Of a DNA stretch of 64,000 bases, positions 47,456 to 59,397 are shown in pieces (position 1 is the stretch's first letter; every line of letters begins with the position of its first letter). Below the pieces are notes generated by a model. The model saw only the letters and a list, made by a program, of their open reading frames with translations, was not told the origin of the DNA and ran no database searches. This DNA comes from Hormiphora californensis (Eukaryota > Animalia > Ctenophora), in NCBI GenBank assembly GCA_020137815.1, contig CM035352.1, positions 1,364,001-1,428,000 of the forward strand. The letters are read 5' to 3'. Made by a program: the position numbers and the translations under genes.

Positions 47456-47982
47456 TAGTTAGATTAGATTAGATAGATATCAACATGAACAATACAGTAT
47501 TTATTTGCTTCTAGTTTATACCTGTTGGTTTTGCTCTGTAGCTGTCAGATGCAGTGTCCGAGGAGTGAAATTTTATCTTCTCCACATCTCCTCCCCACTT
47601 TGATACACAGCGAGTATCACTACTGTCACTGAACTGGTAGTGCAGTACCTCCACCCCGTTGCACTCTATACTGAGGTTGGTAGCCGTCTTTCGAATTGTC
47701 CACATCTTGTTAACTTCCTCGGGTGGTTGTACTGGGAGGGAGGTCCATCCGGTGCAGTAGATGATGAAGTATTTGATAGGAGAGGTAAACAACACCTTCA
47801 CCCATCCAATGTAACTCTCATCTGCAGTGTATGTATAAAACTGAATCTTCTCCTCACTCTCGACGGTAGAGTTGGTTTTGATTTGAAGAGGGGTGCTCTC
47901 CAGATCAAATGGGATGTATGAACTATGTACCGCTGGACTCCACGCTGAAATGTGACATATATATATATATATATATATATAT

Positions 47983-50900
47983 ACTAGACCAAAAATCAAA
48001 GGAAATTTGTTTGGAAAACCCGTGGCCTTTTGTCGATACTTGACGCTGCGGGAAATACACCCAAACATCTGAGCTACTTATAGGTATCGTTGTGCCATCT
48101 CTCTCCAAGTTCTAACACACGCACACTCTCTCTCACTCTTCCTCGCGTCTTGCTCTGACGAAGGGTGCATTTCCCGCAGCGTCAAGTATCGACAAAAGGC
48201 CACGGGTTTTCCAAACAAATTTCCTTTGTTTTTTGGTCTAGTTTCTCAGGATTTTTGTAAACAGGTATCATAAATATGCAAATAATGGCTAAACGGTGGG
48301 AGATACAACTTTTTGTCTGGGGAACGACCCCCCATAAATCGATTATTCTGTGTCGAAATATGTCGATGAAAACTTTCTAGGACCAGCTGAAGTGGAAATA
48401 TTCAGAATATGCATTAAATCATGAATTGGCGCATAAATATGCAAATAACAGCTAAACGGTGCGAGATACGACTTTTTGTCCCGGGGACGACCCCCCATAA
48501 ATCGACTATTCTGCGTCGGAATATGTCCATAAAAAGTTTCTAGGACAAGCTGAAGTGGAAATATTCAGAATATGCATTAAATCATGAATTGGCGCATAAA
48601 TATGCAAATAACGGCTAAACGGTGCGAGATACGACTTTTTGTCCAGGGCACGACCCCCCATAAATCGACTATTCTGCGTCGGAATATGTCCATAAAAAGT
48701 TTCTAGGACCAGCTGAAGTGGAAATATTCAGAATATGCATAAAATCATGAATTGGCGCATAAATATGCAAATAAAGGATAAACGGTGTGAGATACGACTT
48801 TTTGTCCGGGGAACGACCCCCCATAAATCGACTATTCTGCGTCGGAATATGTCCATGAAAACTTTCTAGGACCAGCTGAAGTGGAAATATTCAGAATATG
48901 CATTAAATCATGAATTGGCGCATAAATATGCAAATATAGGATAAACGGTGCGAGATACGACTTTTTGTCCGGGGAACGACCCCCCATAAATCGACTATTC
49001 TGCGTCGGAATATGTCCATGAAAACTTTCTAGGACCAGCTGAAGTGGAAATATTCAGAATATGCATTAAATCATGAATTGGCGCATAAATATGCAAATAA
49101 CGGCTAAACGGTGTGAGATACGACTTTTTGTCTGGGGAACGACCCCCCATAAATCGACTATTCTGCGTCGGAATATGTCCATGAAAACTTTCTAAAACTA
49201 GTTAATACCGATATATTCATAAAATTTTACATAAATTATGCATAATTTATGACTTCCCATACTCAAATCAAGATTTTATATAGCCTATTACACGTAGAAT
49301 AGTCGATTTATGGGGGGTCTTCCCCGGGACAAAAAGCTCTAAATCCAGCCGTTTTCGCTCTAAGTGTTTTGCAAAAAGGTGGTGCGTATGTATGTATGTA
49401 TGTATTAGTCCAAAAACCAATTAAATAAATTAGTTTGGATGCCCGGGCCCATTTGGTGTCACGGGGGTAAAACCTTTAGGCTACTGTCATAAATAATGGC
49501 ATATCTCGTTTATTTTTCTATACACATCTCTCGTTTTTCTTTTCTCTTTCTCTCCATCCCTCTATCTCTTTCTCCCTCTTTTCCTCTTTCTCCCACTCTC
49601 CACCTCCATATTTCCCTCTTTCTCTTTTTTTCTCTCTTTTATTTATATTTCTCTTACTATCTCTCCGTCTTTCTCGATATATCTCACTCTTTATATCACA
49701 ATTTGTTTTTCTTTATCTCTCTCGATATTCATCATTTATGACAGTAGCCTAAAGGTTTTACCCCCGTGACACCAAATGGGCCCGGGCATCCAAACTAATT
49801 TATTTAATTGGTTTTTGGACTAAATTTCTGTTCTTTTTGGTGTAATAAATCGACTATTTTGAGTCGGAATATACCCAAGAAAACGTTTTAGGGTCAGCCG
49901 AAGTGGAAATTTTAAAGGGTATGCATAAAATCATGAATTTGAGCATAAATATGCAAATAACGGCTAAACGGTGCGAGATACGAATTTTTGTCCGGGGGAC
50001 GACCCCCCACAAATCGACTATTTTGAGTCGGAACATACCCAAGAAAACGTTCTAGGGTCAGCCGAAGTGGAAATTTTAAAGAATATGCATAAATTTGAGC
50101 ATAAATATGCAAATAACGGCTAAACGGTGCGAGATACGAATTTTTGTCCGGGGGACGACCCCCCATATATCGACTATTTTGAGTCGGAATATACCCAAGA
50201 AAACGTTCTAGGGTCAGCCGAAGTGAACATTACAACGGTTATGCATAAAATCATGAATTAGAGCATAAATATGCAAATAACGGCTAAACGGTGCGAGATA
50301 CGAATTTTTGTCCGGGGGACGACCCCCCATAAATCGACTATTTTGAGTCGGAATATACCCATGAAAACGTTTTAGGACGAGCCGAAGTGGAGATATAATG
50401 CAATTAAGTTATTAAAATGAATAATTAATGAATAATTAATGAATAATTAATGAACTATGGCGATTTCGAAGTTTTCACATAGCCTATACCACGCCAAATA
50501 ATGCAAGGAACCAATGTTCCAAACGGCAAGTCTCTACTATTTCTGGTTTAGGAGAACACTCAATCTCCTCCCCTCCCGTCCCCTCCCCTCCCGTCCCCTC
50601 CCTTACATTTTTGCATTTTGGGACCCCTCTGGCAAATTTTTACCTTACATCCGATCATTCTGAAATTTTGTATGCCTCTTCTCCTATATGAGGGCCCTTA
50701 GAGTACAAAATTTCATCCCTCTAATTCATCTGGAACATGCATTTTTAAAGCATCAAAAACCCCGAAATTTGCAATGGTATATAGTAGCACTGGCAGGTTA
50801 ACGCGCTTGTGTGTAGAAGTGTTCCGTGTGCTCTCTCTTTTATTTTTTGAGTTAGAGGGTATTTCTAAGGTGGGGGCTCTGCCCCCACACCCCCGTTTAA

Positions 50901-51318
50901 GGTGGGGGCTGCGCCCCCACACCCCCCTTTTGGGCCCGGGGCACTTGCCAGTGCTATGATACAGAGTAAGCGTTTGGGACCCCCCTCGTAACTTTTGAAC
51001 GGAACCATCGATCCACTTGAAATTTTGAACACTAATAGATATCATTGAGGTAGCTTTACATACAAAATTTCAGTTTCCTAGCTTGTCGGGAACATGGTTT
51101 AATAGACGCTCAAAAAGGGCCAAAGTCGCATCCGTATGGTATACTGCACTGGCCCCGAATCGGGCAAAATTAAATTTTCCGCGCCTGAGTTTATCCTTTC
51201 AGATTTGATCTTATAATGTTCTAGGATGACCTTAGAAGGGGTGGGATGGTTTTTTCATTGCTGGGGGCTTTGCCCCCAGACCCCCATTAGGCCACGGGGC
51301 ACTTGCCAGTGCAGTGAT
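47983..51318 (+). mobile_element. Non-autonomous Helentron/DINE-1-like element B with a 163-bp tandem array; contains nested element C
   Basis: 5' IR 47983-48062/48162-48242 containing cccgtggcc; array 48269-49193 (period 163); (TATG)n; 3' ggccacggg followed by hairpin gcact-tgcc-agtgc and agtgat. Inserted in a (TA)n run. Confidence 0.75.
49405..50960 (+). mobile_element. Non-autonomous Helentron/DINE-1-like element C, nested in the microsatellite of element B
   Basis: 5' IR ~49405-49494/49733-49823 containing cccgggccc; 156-164-bp array 49845-50392; 3' gggcccggg followed by the same hairpin and tatgat. Confidence 0.75.
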
Positions 51319-52160
51319 ATATATATATATATAATAGGCCAGTCATGCGGCACAGACTGATCAAACTTGATCATGATCAGATGTGGTCAAGATCTTGATC
51401 AAGTCGTACAGACTGATCAGATCTGATCATTTGATCAAACTAGTGGACAGTGAAATCAGTAAAAATAATTTACATCAAAACGAAAACAAAGTGTCCTGGT
51501 TTAGTAAAATTGAGTCTAATTGGCCTTACTTGTCGGTAATACGTCTATATAATACGTCTATAATGTCAGACGTACTATAGACGTAATATAGACACATTAT
51601 CAACGTAGAAGGAAGAAGATCTAATGAGACGTAGTATAGACGTATTATCGACGAATTTTTGAAAAGCGTCTATTAACTTCCTGAGAATCTCTATTATAAG
51701 TTGGAGATGAACGTCGAAGTGATGGCCGTTCGTTAGGCGGTATCTAAGCGACAGGCTGCTCCTTCATAAAATACTTTATATGCCCAAAGCTGTAAAGCTA
51801 TTGCTCACACTTTTGGAACTTCAAGTAGAAGTTTGTTAATATTTTCGAATGACTTTTAACATGCCAGTCCCCATAGTTATCAATTCAGTTACCATGGCAA
51901 CCGTGTTATTGACGTTGAAAGGGGCGAAAAGAACCACCCGGCGAAGCCAGGTGGGTTATCAAAAGGCCCTTGCTTGAGGCGCACCCAATGGGTGCGCTAT
52001 CTCTATTATAAGTTGCGAGATGAACGTCGAAGTGGTGGCCGTTCGTTCAGCGGTATCTAAGCGACAGACTGCTCCTTCATAAAACACTTTATATGCCCAA
52101 AGCTTTAAAGCTGTTGCTCACACTTTATGAACTTCCAGTGGAACTTTATTAATATTTTCG

Positions 52161-54504
52161 GGCAATTTTGCATTTGTTGGCATCGCACTATAGACGCAGT
52201 ACCCACGTACTATAGACGCATTATAAACGCATTATAAACGCATTATTGACGCATTATAGACACACGCAATATAGACGCAATTTCGTAAGCAGCACTATAG
52301 ACGCAATATAGACGCATTTTAACAGCAATATAAACGCATTCTTATAGACCCCGCCGGCTCAAATAGACGCACGGCGCGCTCAAACAATTTGCACTGGTCT
52401 ATTGGGCCGTGCACTGCCGTGAGTTTGTCTCTCGATAGACGCACGCCCTCTGACAGATTTGTGTAAAGATCACAAAGAATCACTGAAAACACGATAAAAT
52501 GACATGACAACACAAGAGGGAGTGTGTGTACAACCTACAACGCTCTCTGTCTAGATTTGGCGCCCGCCAGTCTGTTGCAACTGTTGCTCATGACCCACAA
52601 TTAACTGTAATCTCTCTCTGCATTCCACCCTTTGAAACTGTTACGACGATTGTTACGAGTGTGTAGGAATGTAGAGAGGCACTCTGTAGCTTCATTTCTA
52701 ACTGTTTGACCCGTTTTATGTGAGCTCTCTCTGTGTCAACCACGTAAATTGTGCTTGTTTTGCTTCTAGGTGCCCGCCAGCGGGGTCTATAGAACATAAC
52801 TCCCTCCCTTGCGTGCAGATATACCTGTAAACCCCTCGCTGACGCTCGGGATTTACAGGGCTGTAATGCACGGTCCCTTCGGGACCCGTGCATTACAGCT
52901 CAATAGACGCACTGCTCTGCAGTGCGTCTATTGAATAGATGCCCGCGCGGGAGGGAGTTATGTACTATATAGACGCGACGCAGTATAGCCGCATTATAGG
53001 CGCACTACCCACCCCAAAATCACCTTATAGACGCACTATAGACGCATTATAGACTGACTATAGCAGCACCATAAACGCTACATAGACCCATATAGACGCA
53101 TGATAGAATCATTATAGACGCAAATCGCTTTTTATAGACGCCGCGTCTATAAAAAACGTGCTTTTTAAAGAAGCACTTTAGACGTACTCCAGGCTACAGT
53201 GCGATATTTGAGGCGCAGTTGGGCGTTTTATAAACGCATTTTTGTCGCATATAAAAGGAAGCAGTATAGACGCATTATAGACGCATTATAGCCGCATGTG
53301 TGCGAAATCGATAAAGACGCAATATAGACGCAAAATAAAAAGGAGAGGGAGAGAGAGGGAGGGAGGGAGGGAGAGGGAACCCTACTAAAATATAGTTCGA
53401 CGCGACGCGACGCGCGATCGATGAACGATCGATAAACGATCGATATCGATCGTTTATCGATCGTTTATCGATCGTTCATCGATCGCGCGTCGCGTCGCGT
53501 CGAACTATATTTTAGTAGGGAAGGAGAGGGAAAGAGAGGGAGGGACTGAGGGAGGGGTACAGGGACAGAAACAGACGGATAAAGACCTGAGACAGAAGGA
53601 CAGAGTAAGATGGAAAGAGAGTAAGATGGAAAGATAGTGATATAGGGACGGAGTGAGACAGAAAAAGAGTGAGACAGAAAAAGACAGAGCTCTGTCTTTT
53701 TCTCTGCAGAGATGGAAACAAACGGACAGAGACAGACGGACGGAAAAACACGCGCTTACTATCTCCCTCTCTGCCTCACTCTCTTTCTCCACTCTCCATC
53801 TTAATCTCTCCATCTTACTCTGTCCGTCTGTCTCAGATCTGTGTCCATCTGTCTCTGTCTGATCTGTCTCTGTATCCCTCCCTCTTTCCCTCTCCTTCCC
53901 TCTCCCTCCATCCCTCCCTCCCTCTAGTCTCTCTCCCTCTCCTTCTTATTAATTGCGTCTATATTGCGTCTTTATCGATTTCGCGCACATGCGTCTATAA
54001 TGCGTCTATAATGCGTCTATACTGCTTCCTTTTATATGCGACAAAAATGCGTTTATAGTTCGCCCAACTGCGCCTCAAATATGGCAGCGCGCGTGCGTCT
54101 GAGTACGTCTATAGTGCTTCTTAAAAAAGCACGTTTTTTATAGACGCGGCGTCTATAAAAAGCGATTTGCGTCTATAATGATTCTATCATGCGTCTATAT
54201 GGGTCTATGTAGCGTTTATGGTGCTGCTATAGTCAGTCTATAATGCGTCTATAGTGCGTCTATAAGGTGATTTTGGGGTGGGTAGTGCGCCTATAATGCG
54301 GCTATACTGCGTCGCGTCTATAAAAATGCGTTTATATTGCTGTTATAATGCGTCTATATTGCGTCTATAGTGCTGCTTACGAAATTGCGTCTATATTGCG
54401 TGTGTCTATAATGCGTCTATAATGCGTTTATAATGCGTTTATAATGCGTCTATAGTACGTGGGTACTGCGTTTATAGTGCGATGCCCACAAATGCAAAAT
54501 TGCC
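52161..54504. mobile_element. Mutator/Foldback-type element with long modular inverted arms and 9-bp TSD atattttcg
   Basis: Ends ggcaattttgcatttgt.ggcatcgcac / gtgcgatgcccacaaatgcaaaattgcc; TSD at 52152-52160 and 54505-54513; arms built of tatagacgca / tgcgtctata repeats. Confidence 0.88.
53380..53520. mobile_element. 141-bp near-perfect palindromic MITE (CCC...GGG ends, aa flanks) nested in the foldback element
   Basis: ccctactaaaatatagttcgacgcgacgcg...cgcgtcgcgtcgaactatattttagtaggg. Confidence 0.75.
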
Positions 54505-55570
54505 ATATTTTCGAATGACTTTTAACATGCAAGTCCTCATAGTTACCAATTCAGTTGCGATGACAACCGTGTTATTGACGTTGAAAGTGGCGAAAAGAAC
54601 CACCCGGCGAAGCCGGGTGGGTTATCAACAAAAAAACCTTACTTGAGGCGCACCCAATGGGTGCGCTATCTCTATTATAATTTGGAGATGAACGTCGTCG
54701 AAGTGGCCGTTCGTTCAGTGCGTTTCTACGCGACAGTGCTCCTTCATAAAACACTGTATGTGCACAAAGCTGTAAAGCACATTTGGGAGTCTATGATTAT
54801 TTTAGAACACATTTTAGCGATTCAGTCCAGGTTCAGTCCCCATAGTAACCGTTCGCGTTTCAGTTGCCATGGCAACCATAATTCTGGTGTAAATCATAAA
54901 TATGTGAATAAAGAGCGCCACTCGGCGGAGCCGGGTGGGTTGTCAACAGACCGTGCTTGAGGCGCACCCGGTGGGAGATGAACGTCGTCGAAGTGGCCGT
55001 TCGTTCAGTGCGTTTCTACGCGACAGTGCTCCTTCATAAAATACTTTATGTGCCTAAAGCTGTAAAGCTGTTGTTTACACTTTTTGAACTTCCAGTGGAA
55101 GTTTGTTGGGCGGGAGACACACTGAAGTTGGGCACGCTCGGGGGTTTTTTTTTTATTTTTTTTTATTTTCTTTTTAGCGACATTCTACGAGGGGCGACTA
55201 TATAATTTAGTTTTGAGTCGGGATTCTAGGAATTTGATTGATGTTTCGGGATTCTAGGAATTTGATTGATGTGTCGTGGTAACTGTCATATCATTGTCAC
55301 TTCTAGGAATACTAGACCCACGGATTTGAGAGAGATGTATACGATAGAAAGATCAGGGAATGGCAAATGTAGAAAAATAAATACAATACCTTACAATGTT
55401 TCCCCACTGAACACAAATATACCATAATTTACAAACAGACAAACAGATCACAGACAGACAGTCTACCAACAGACAGACAGTTTACAGACCGATTGTCTAT
55501 AACAGACAGACTGGTTGTCTACAAACAGACAAATTTCATAATTCCCAAAAGTTCGATCCACCGGCCACTG

Positions 55571-56452
55571 TTAATTCGTGTTCCATTCAATACACCTGGC
55601 CTCACAGTTGCTGAAGCAAGCCTTGAGCAGGGCGAATAGGAAGCCACCATGGGTAACTATGGCAATATTCCTCTCCGGTCGGTACTTCAGCCACTTTCTA
55701 AACATATCAACTCGCTTCTGCAATTCATCCCTACTCTCGCCATCCGGCCACCAGACCTCTGGTAGGGAGGTGAAATCGACAAAATACCAAAACTTCCGAA
55801 GTTGGCTGGTGGGTGTGCCGCAATTACAGTTAGCATCACAATACTCAGTGATCAGGGAGCACGCCTCGTGTCGAACCTTCTGGTCGTAAAACCCACCGTA
55901 TGCAGTTTGGAGAGTCCGTGTCAGGGGGCTCACTAATACCAACTCCATCTTTAACCCCTGGCTAGCCAGCACATTCACCTCATTGCGGAGCCTCTGGACC
56001 TGACCATGTCCCACCTCTGTCAGCACTGGATCTCTGATACCCAGGGCACTATCAGTGTGTCCTGCCGCGTAGAGAGAGTTGTGATATCCCTCACCGTGCC
56101 TCACAAACAGTAGCTGTTTCTTGTGACGTTTCAACCTCATTCGAGGGATAATAGGGTGGAACTCCTCGATTGCGTCATCAGTGTGGATACTGACGTCACA
56201 TTCCGTTACCTCACCAATGGGGGCTACACCACCACTGATGAAGGGGGAGGCAGGAGGACGGGGGCTGAAGGATGTGTAGGGCGATGTAGCGAGGCTGCGT
56301 GTTGAGTGACCGGAGAAATGGTGAGATGTTGGGGAGGGTAGGAAGGGGCGGTGTGGGGAGGATGGGGGTTGGAAGTGGCGGTGTGGGGAGGTGGGTTGGT
56401 GTTGGAAGAAGGATGCCTGACTGTAGTAGGATGCCACACTGTGAGATGGCAT
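55571..56452 (-). CDS. Intronless histidine phosphatase (phosphoglycerate-mutase-like, PMU1-type) with Pro/Ser/His-rich N-terminus
   Basis: 'FVRHGEGYHN', 'DPVLTEVG..Q', 'VSPLTRTLQTA', 'ESRDELQKR...FRKWL', 'IAIVTHGGFL', 'FSNCE'. Confidence 0.88.
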   Translation of the reverse strand: MPSHSVASYYSQASFFQHQPTSPHRHFQPPSSPHRPFLPSPTSHHFSGHSTRSLATSPYTSFSPRPPASPFISGGVAPIGEVTECDVSIHTDDAIEEFHPIIPRMRLKRHKKQLLFVRHGEGYHNSLYAAGHTDSALGIRDPVLTEVGHGQVQRLRNEVNVLASQGLKMELVLVSPLTRTLQTAYGGFYDQKVRHEACSLITEYCDANCNCGTPTSQLRKFWYFVDFTSLPEVWWPDGESRDELQKRVDMFRKWLKYRPERNIAIVTHGGFLFALLKACFSNCEARCIEWNTN

Positions 56453-56840
56453 GGTACGTGTTGGGGTATAGTAGTAGGGGGCAGTTCTACCAGTTACCAG
56501 TTACCAGTTCCACAACATTTCGACACTACTACAAAATGTGGAGAGATATGTTAGTTATAGTAAAACATCTGTACCTATGGCGGCGCTCAGATGGGGTCGC
56601 GGCGCCAGACAGTAGAACATGCGAGAGAGTGAGGGGTATCAGACTACTAAATAACAAGCAGAATTGGTACACAATCAATTGTAAAAAAGCCAAGAACGGT
56701 GTACGAAATGATGGTGTACTAAAATGTACGAAATGACGTCTTGTCTCATATATTGAGTCAAAAGGAGAAATGCTACCTGCAGGTATGCAGACAGTACCAT
56801 CTCGTAAGGTATATTACACATGAGGATAGACACAGATATG

Positions 56841-56928
<88 letters not shown>

Positions 56929-57110
56929 TAGAGGTATGTGTAGACACGCTATGTAAGCCCATTAGTATAAACCCATGCGAGAGATTGCAACCTCATGCCA
57001 TCTGAAGGTTATCTCACAGTGGTGGGGGTAAATTTAGCATTATTAACCACCCTCCTGCACCACAATTATGGCACACTGGTCAATATCTCTCACCATCTAG
57101 CTGATCAATA

Positions 57111-57150
<40 letters not shown>

Positions 57151-57189
57151 GCTCCTCTCTCTCTCTCTCTCGCTCTACTCTCTCACTCT

Positions 57190-57270
<81 letters not shown>

Positions 57271-57295
57271 TCTCCCTCCCCTCTCTCCTCTCTCC

Positions 57296-57346
<51 letters not shown>

Positions 57347-57468
57347 AGCTGGTCAACCAGGGATTATCATGATACACAGGTGTATCTTACACACATATCA
57401 TGTCACTTTTTAAATACATTTATTAGGTAGTCTAACGGAAATGTCATTTTGGTCTACCACTGTCTAAC

Positions 57469-57683
57469 GGCTGGGTGGTGTAGTTGTAACACACTCGCTT
57501 CTCATGCAGAAGGTCCCAGCTTCGGCTGGAAAGTCACACTCCCCTGCACGTAGGTCTGGCCGGGGTCTGGCCCCCTTACTGTAGTTTAGTACCTCGGTAC
57601 GGAGAGGCTTAGGGCTATGAATCAGAGATAAGCACCGCCAGCTTACCCAGTGATTGGGAGAGACCCACCACTTGACTTTTTTG
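57469..57683 (+). mobile_element. tRNA-derived SINE with 10-bp TSD actgtctaac
   Basis: tRNA-like head ggctgggtggtgtagttg (A box) with degenerate B box, acttgacttttttg tail, and TSD at 57459-57468 and 57684-57693. Confidence 0.8.
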
Positions 57684-57833
57684 ACTGTCTAACAAACCGA
57701 AAGTCCTACCGGTTACCATGATAGCCGAGCCAAACCGTTTTATAGGAAGTCAACAAAACCGAAAGATTTTGTCCCAGAAACCGTTTTTATGAACCTCAGT
57801 TACATTTTTAACCCCCACTCTCCATCTCTCCAG

Positions 57834-59397
57834 GAAGTGTGATAAGGCACTGTGCTCTCTCTGCTGCATCACCCAACATAGGACACACACCACGGGGTCC
57901 CTGTCCAGTGCAGCCCAGCGGGCCCGCAACGAACTCGGGCAATTGGCACCCAAAGCTGCCGAGAAGATGAGCAAGGAACGACAAAACGTGATGTCACTAA
58001 GAAAGCTCTCTGCCGAGGTATTAGTTGTAGGGATTTTAATGACTCATGCATAATAAAACATATTTTCCGATGAGCCCAAATCGAAATCTTCTTTAGGATT
58101 CCATTTGACATTCATTTTCAACTTGATCATTATATCGAAATTTAATTGTCCACAATATTATGATTCTAGGTTTCCAGAGACCACGAACAGGCAAAGAGAA
58201 GCTTGAAGGAGTTCTGTGGACGAATGATCCAAAACATCAAGTAAGAAAGCGCCGCTTTTACATAAGATAATAGCTTCCTTGAGTATCCCTGCAGTTCCCA
58301 ATTTAACTTGCTATGTTCCAACCCTCCGGGGCGTTGCCTTGCTCGACCTTGTTTCACCGCGCCCCGGTAAAGGAGGGTTAAAACATAACAGAGAGAGAGA
58401 GAGAGGGGGGGGGGGTCGTATAAACTTCAGCTACACTGATGGTTAAATGGTGTGCCAAAATGAAATATATTAGAAGTCTCAGAAAATCATCAGCCAGCTA
58501 TCTTCCCTCGTTCGACACACTCTCTCTCGCTATCTCCGCGCCCCGTAAAGGAGGGTTAGAATATAACCACCAACTCTCTTTCATTGTTGCCACTTCTTTC
58601 CCAGAAACTTACTACACAACTACCCCCCAGGAGTCGAGAAGAAGAAATGTTGAACCAGTTGAACTTCAAGAAAACATCTCTAGACAAAGTGATTTCCGGG
58701 AAAATCATTGACACGGATGACAGGTTAAAGATGGTGGAACAGACTAAAACATTTGCTGAGAAGATTCAGAAACACTGGAGTGAAGTAGAAATTCTGAACG
58801 TTAGAAAACAGGTACAATTTTCAGGTGCAAAAAAAGAAAAATAATTAACCAGTTACGGGTGTTTAGAACACACTGCGAAAGGATGACCGCGAGACTGGGT
58901 AGTAGTACGACATGGTCAGAACCAGGAACCGACCGAATCAGGAAATGCTGGTCCCCGATTGGCTGATAACCAGTCACGTGACCTAAACAACAAGTTCTGA
59001 TTGGTTGTTTACTTGTTTCGGTCGGTTCCTGGTCAGGAAAGTTCTGAATCTTTCTCTCCTATCTTCTAGATTGTGTCTCGATTACAAGAGTTCAGTGAAC
59101 GGGAAACAGAACCTACCAATGGGATCTACTCTTCTAAAATCATGTTCTCCCCCTCGGGGGAGGATGGACTTCTCCAGAGCATATGGTCCTTCAAAAACAA
59201 GTACCTCATGAGGTGAGATAATATTAAAATCTAGGCTCTGTCCTCAATTGACCTACCGCGGTAGCTACCCTGTTCTAGATGATGAATGAATCTGTAATAT
59301 ATTTAGCTGACTCAAAACTGATCAGCAGCTTGTAACAATTCAATCCCCTAGGAACACAACAAACGTACTACTGGCGGTGACGGCCATGAAACAATGA
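57834..59397 (+). CDS. B-box zinc finger / coiled-coil (TRIM-like) gene, 3' part; exons 57834-58017, 58170-58240, 58631-58811, 59070-59212, 59352-59397
   Basis: Phase-consistent exons encode 'KCDKALCSLCCITQHRTH' (second half of a B-box) followed by a heptad-rich helix. The upstream exons were not located. Confidence 0.7.
58923..59031 (-). mobile_element. 109-bp hAT MITE copy (CCAAT/E-box family)
   Basis: caggaaccgaccgaa...ttcggtcggttcctg. Confidence 0.85.

Larger units (their letters stand above)
45004..47944 (-). pseudogene. Fragments of a ctenophore-type secreted/receptor gene: lineage-typical ~140-aa domain exon (47944-47522), intact sushi exon (~46850-46677), and two degenerate sushi exon copies (~45905-45770, ~45057-45004)
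   Basis: 'PFDLESTPLQIKTNS...LPVQPPEEVNKMWTIRKTATNLSIECNGVEVL...DTASDSYRAKP' and 'CPGFVVDGS..TVTINCQKKHLRDGSSERTCNSDVEWNIDAPLC' (CCP/sushi). The duplicated exons are broken by insertions and deletions. Confidence 0.65.
51690..55110. repeat. ~310-bp tandem repeat (3-4 copies) interrupted by a foldback transposon
   Basis: Recurring gagatgaacgtc..gaagtggccgttcgttcag..ctccttcataaaa..gaggcgcacccaatgggtgcgc at ~51700, ~52015, ~54685 and ~54975. Confidence 0.8.

Noticed and set aside
48269-49193. Regular repeat array that might be read as CRISPR
   Set aside because: The units are contiguous 163-bp near-identical repeats with no unique spacers and no cas genes; the context is eukaryotic.
53380-53520. 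Palindrome as a viral or linear-replicon hairpin telomere junction
   Set aside because: It is off-centre within the foldback, has MITE-like ends and flanks, and no replication genes are present.
57469-57540. Second tRNA gene
   Set aside because: The T arm and acceptor stem do not form; it is the head of a SINE flanked by a TSD.
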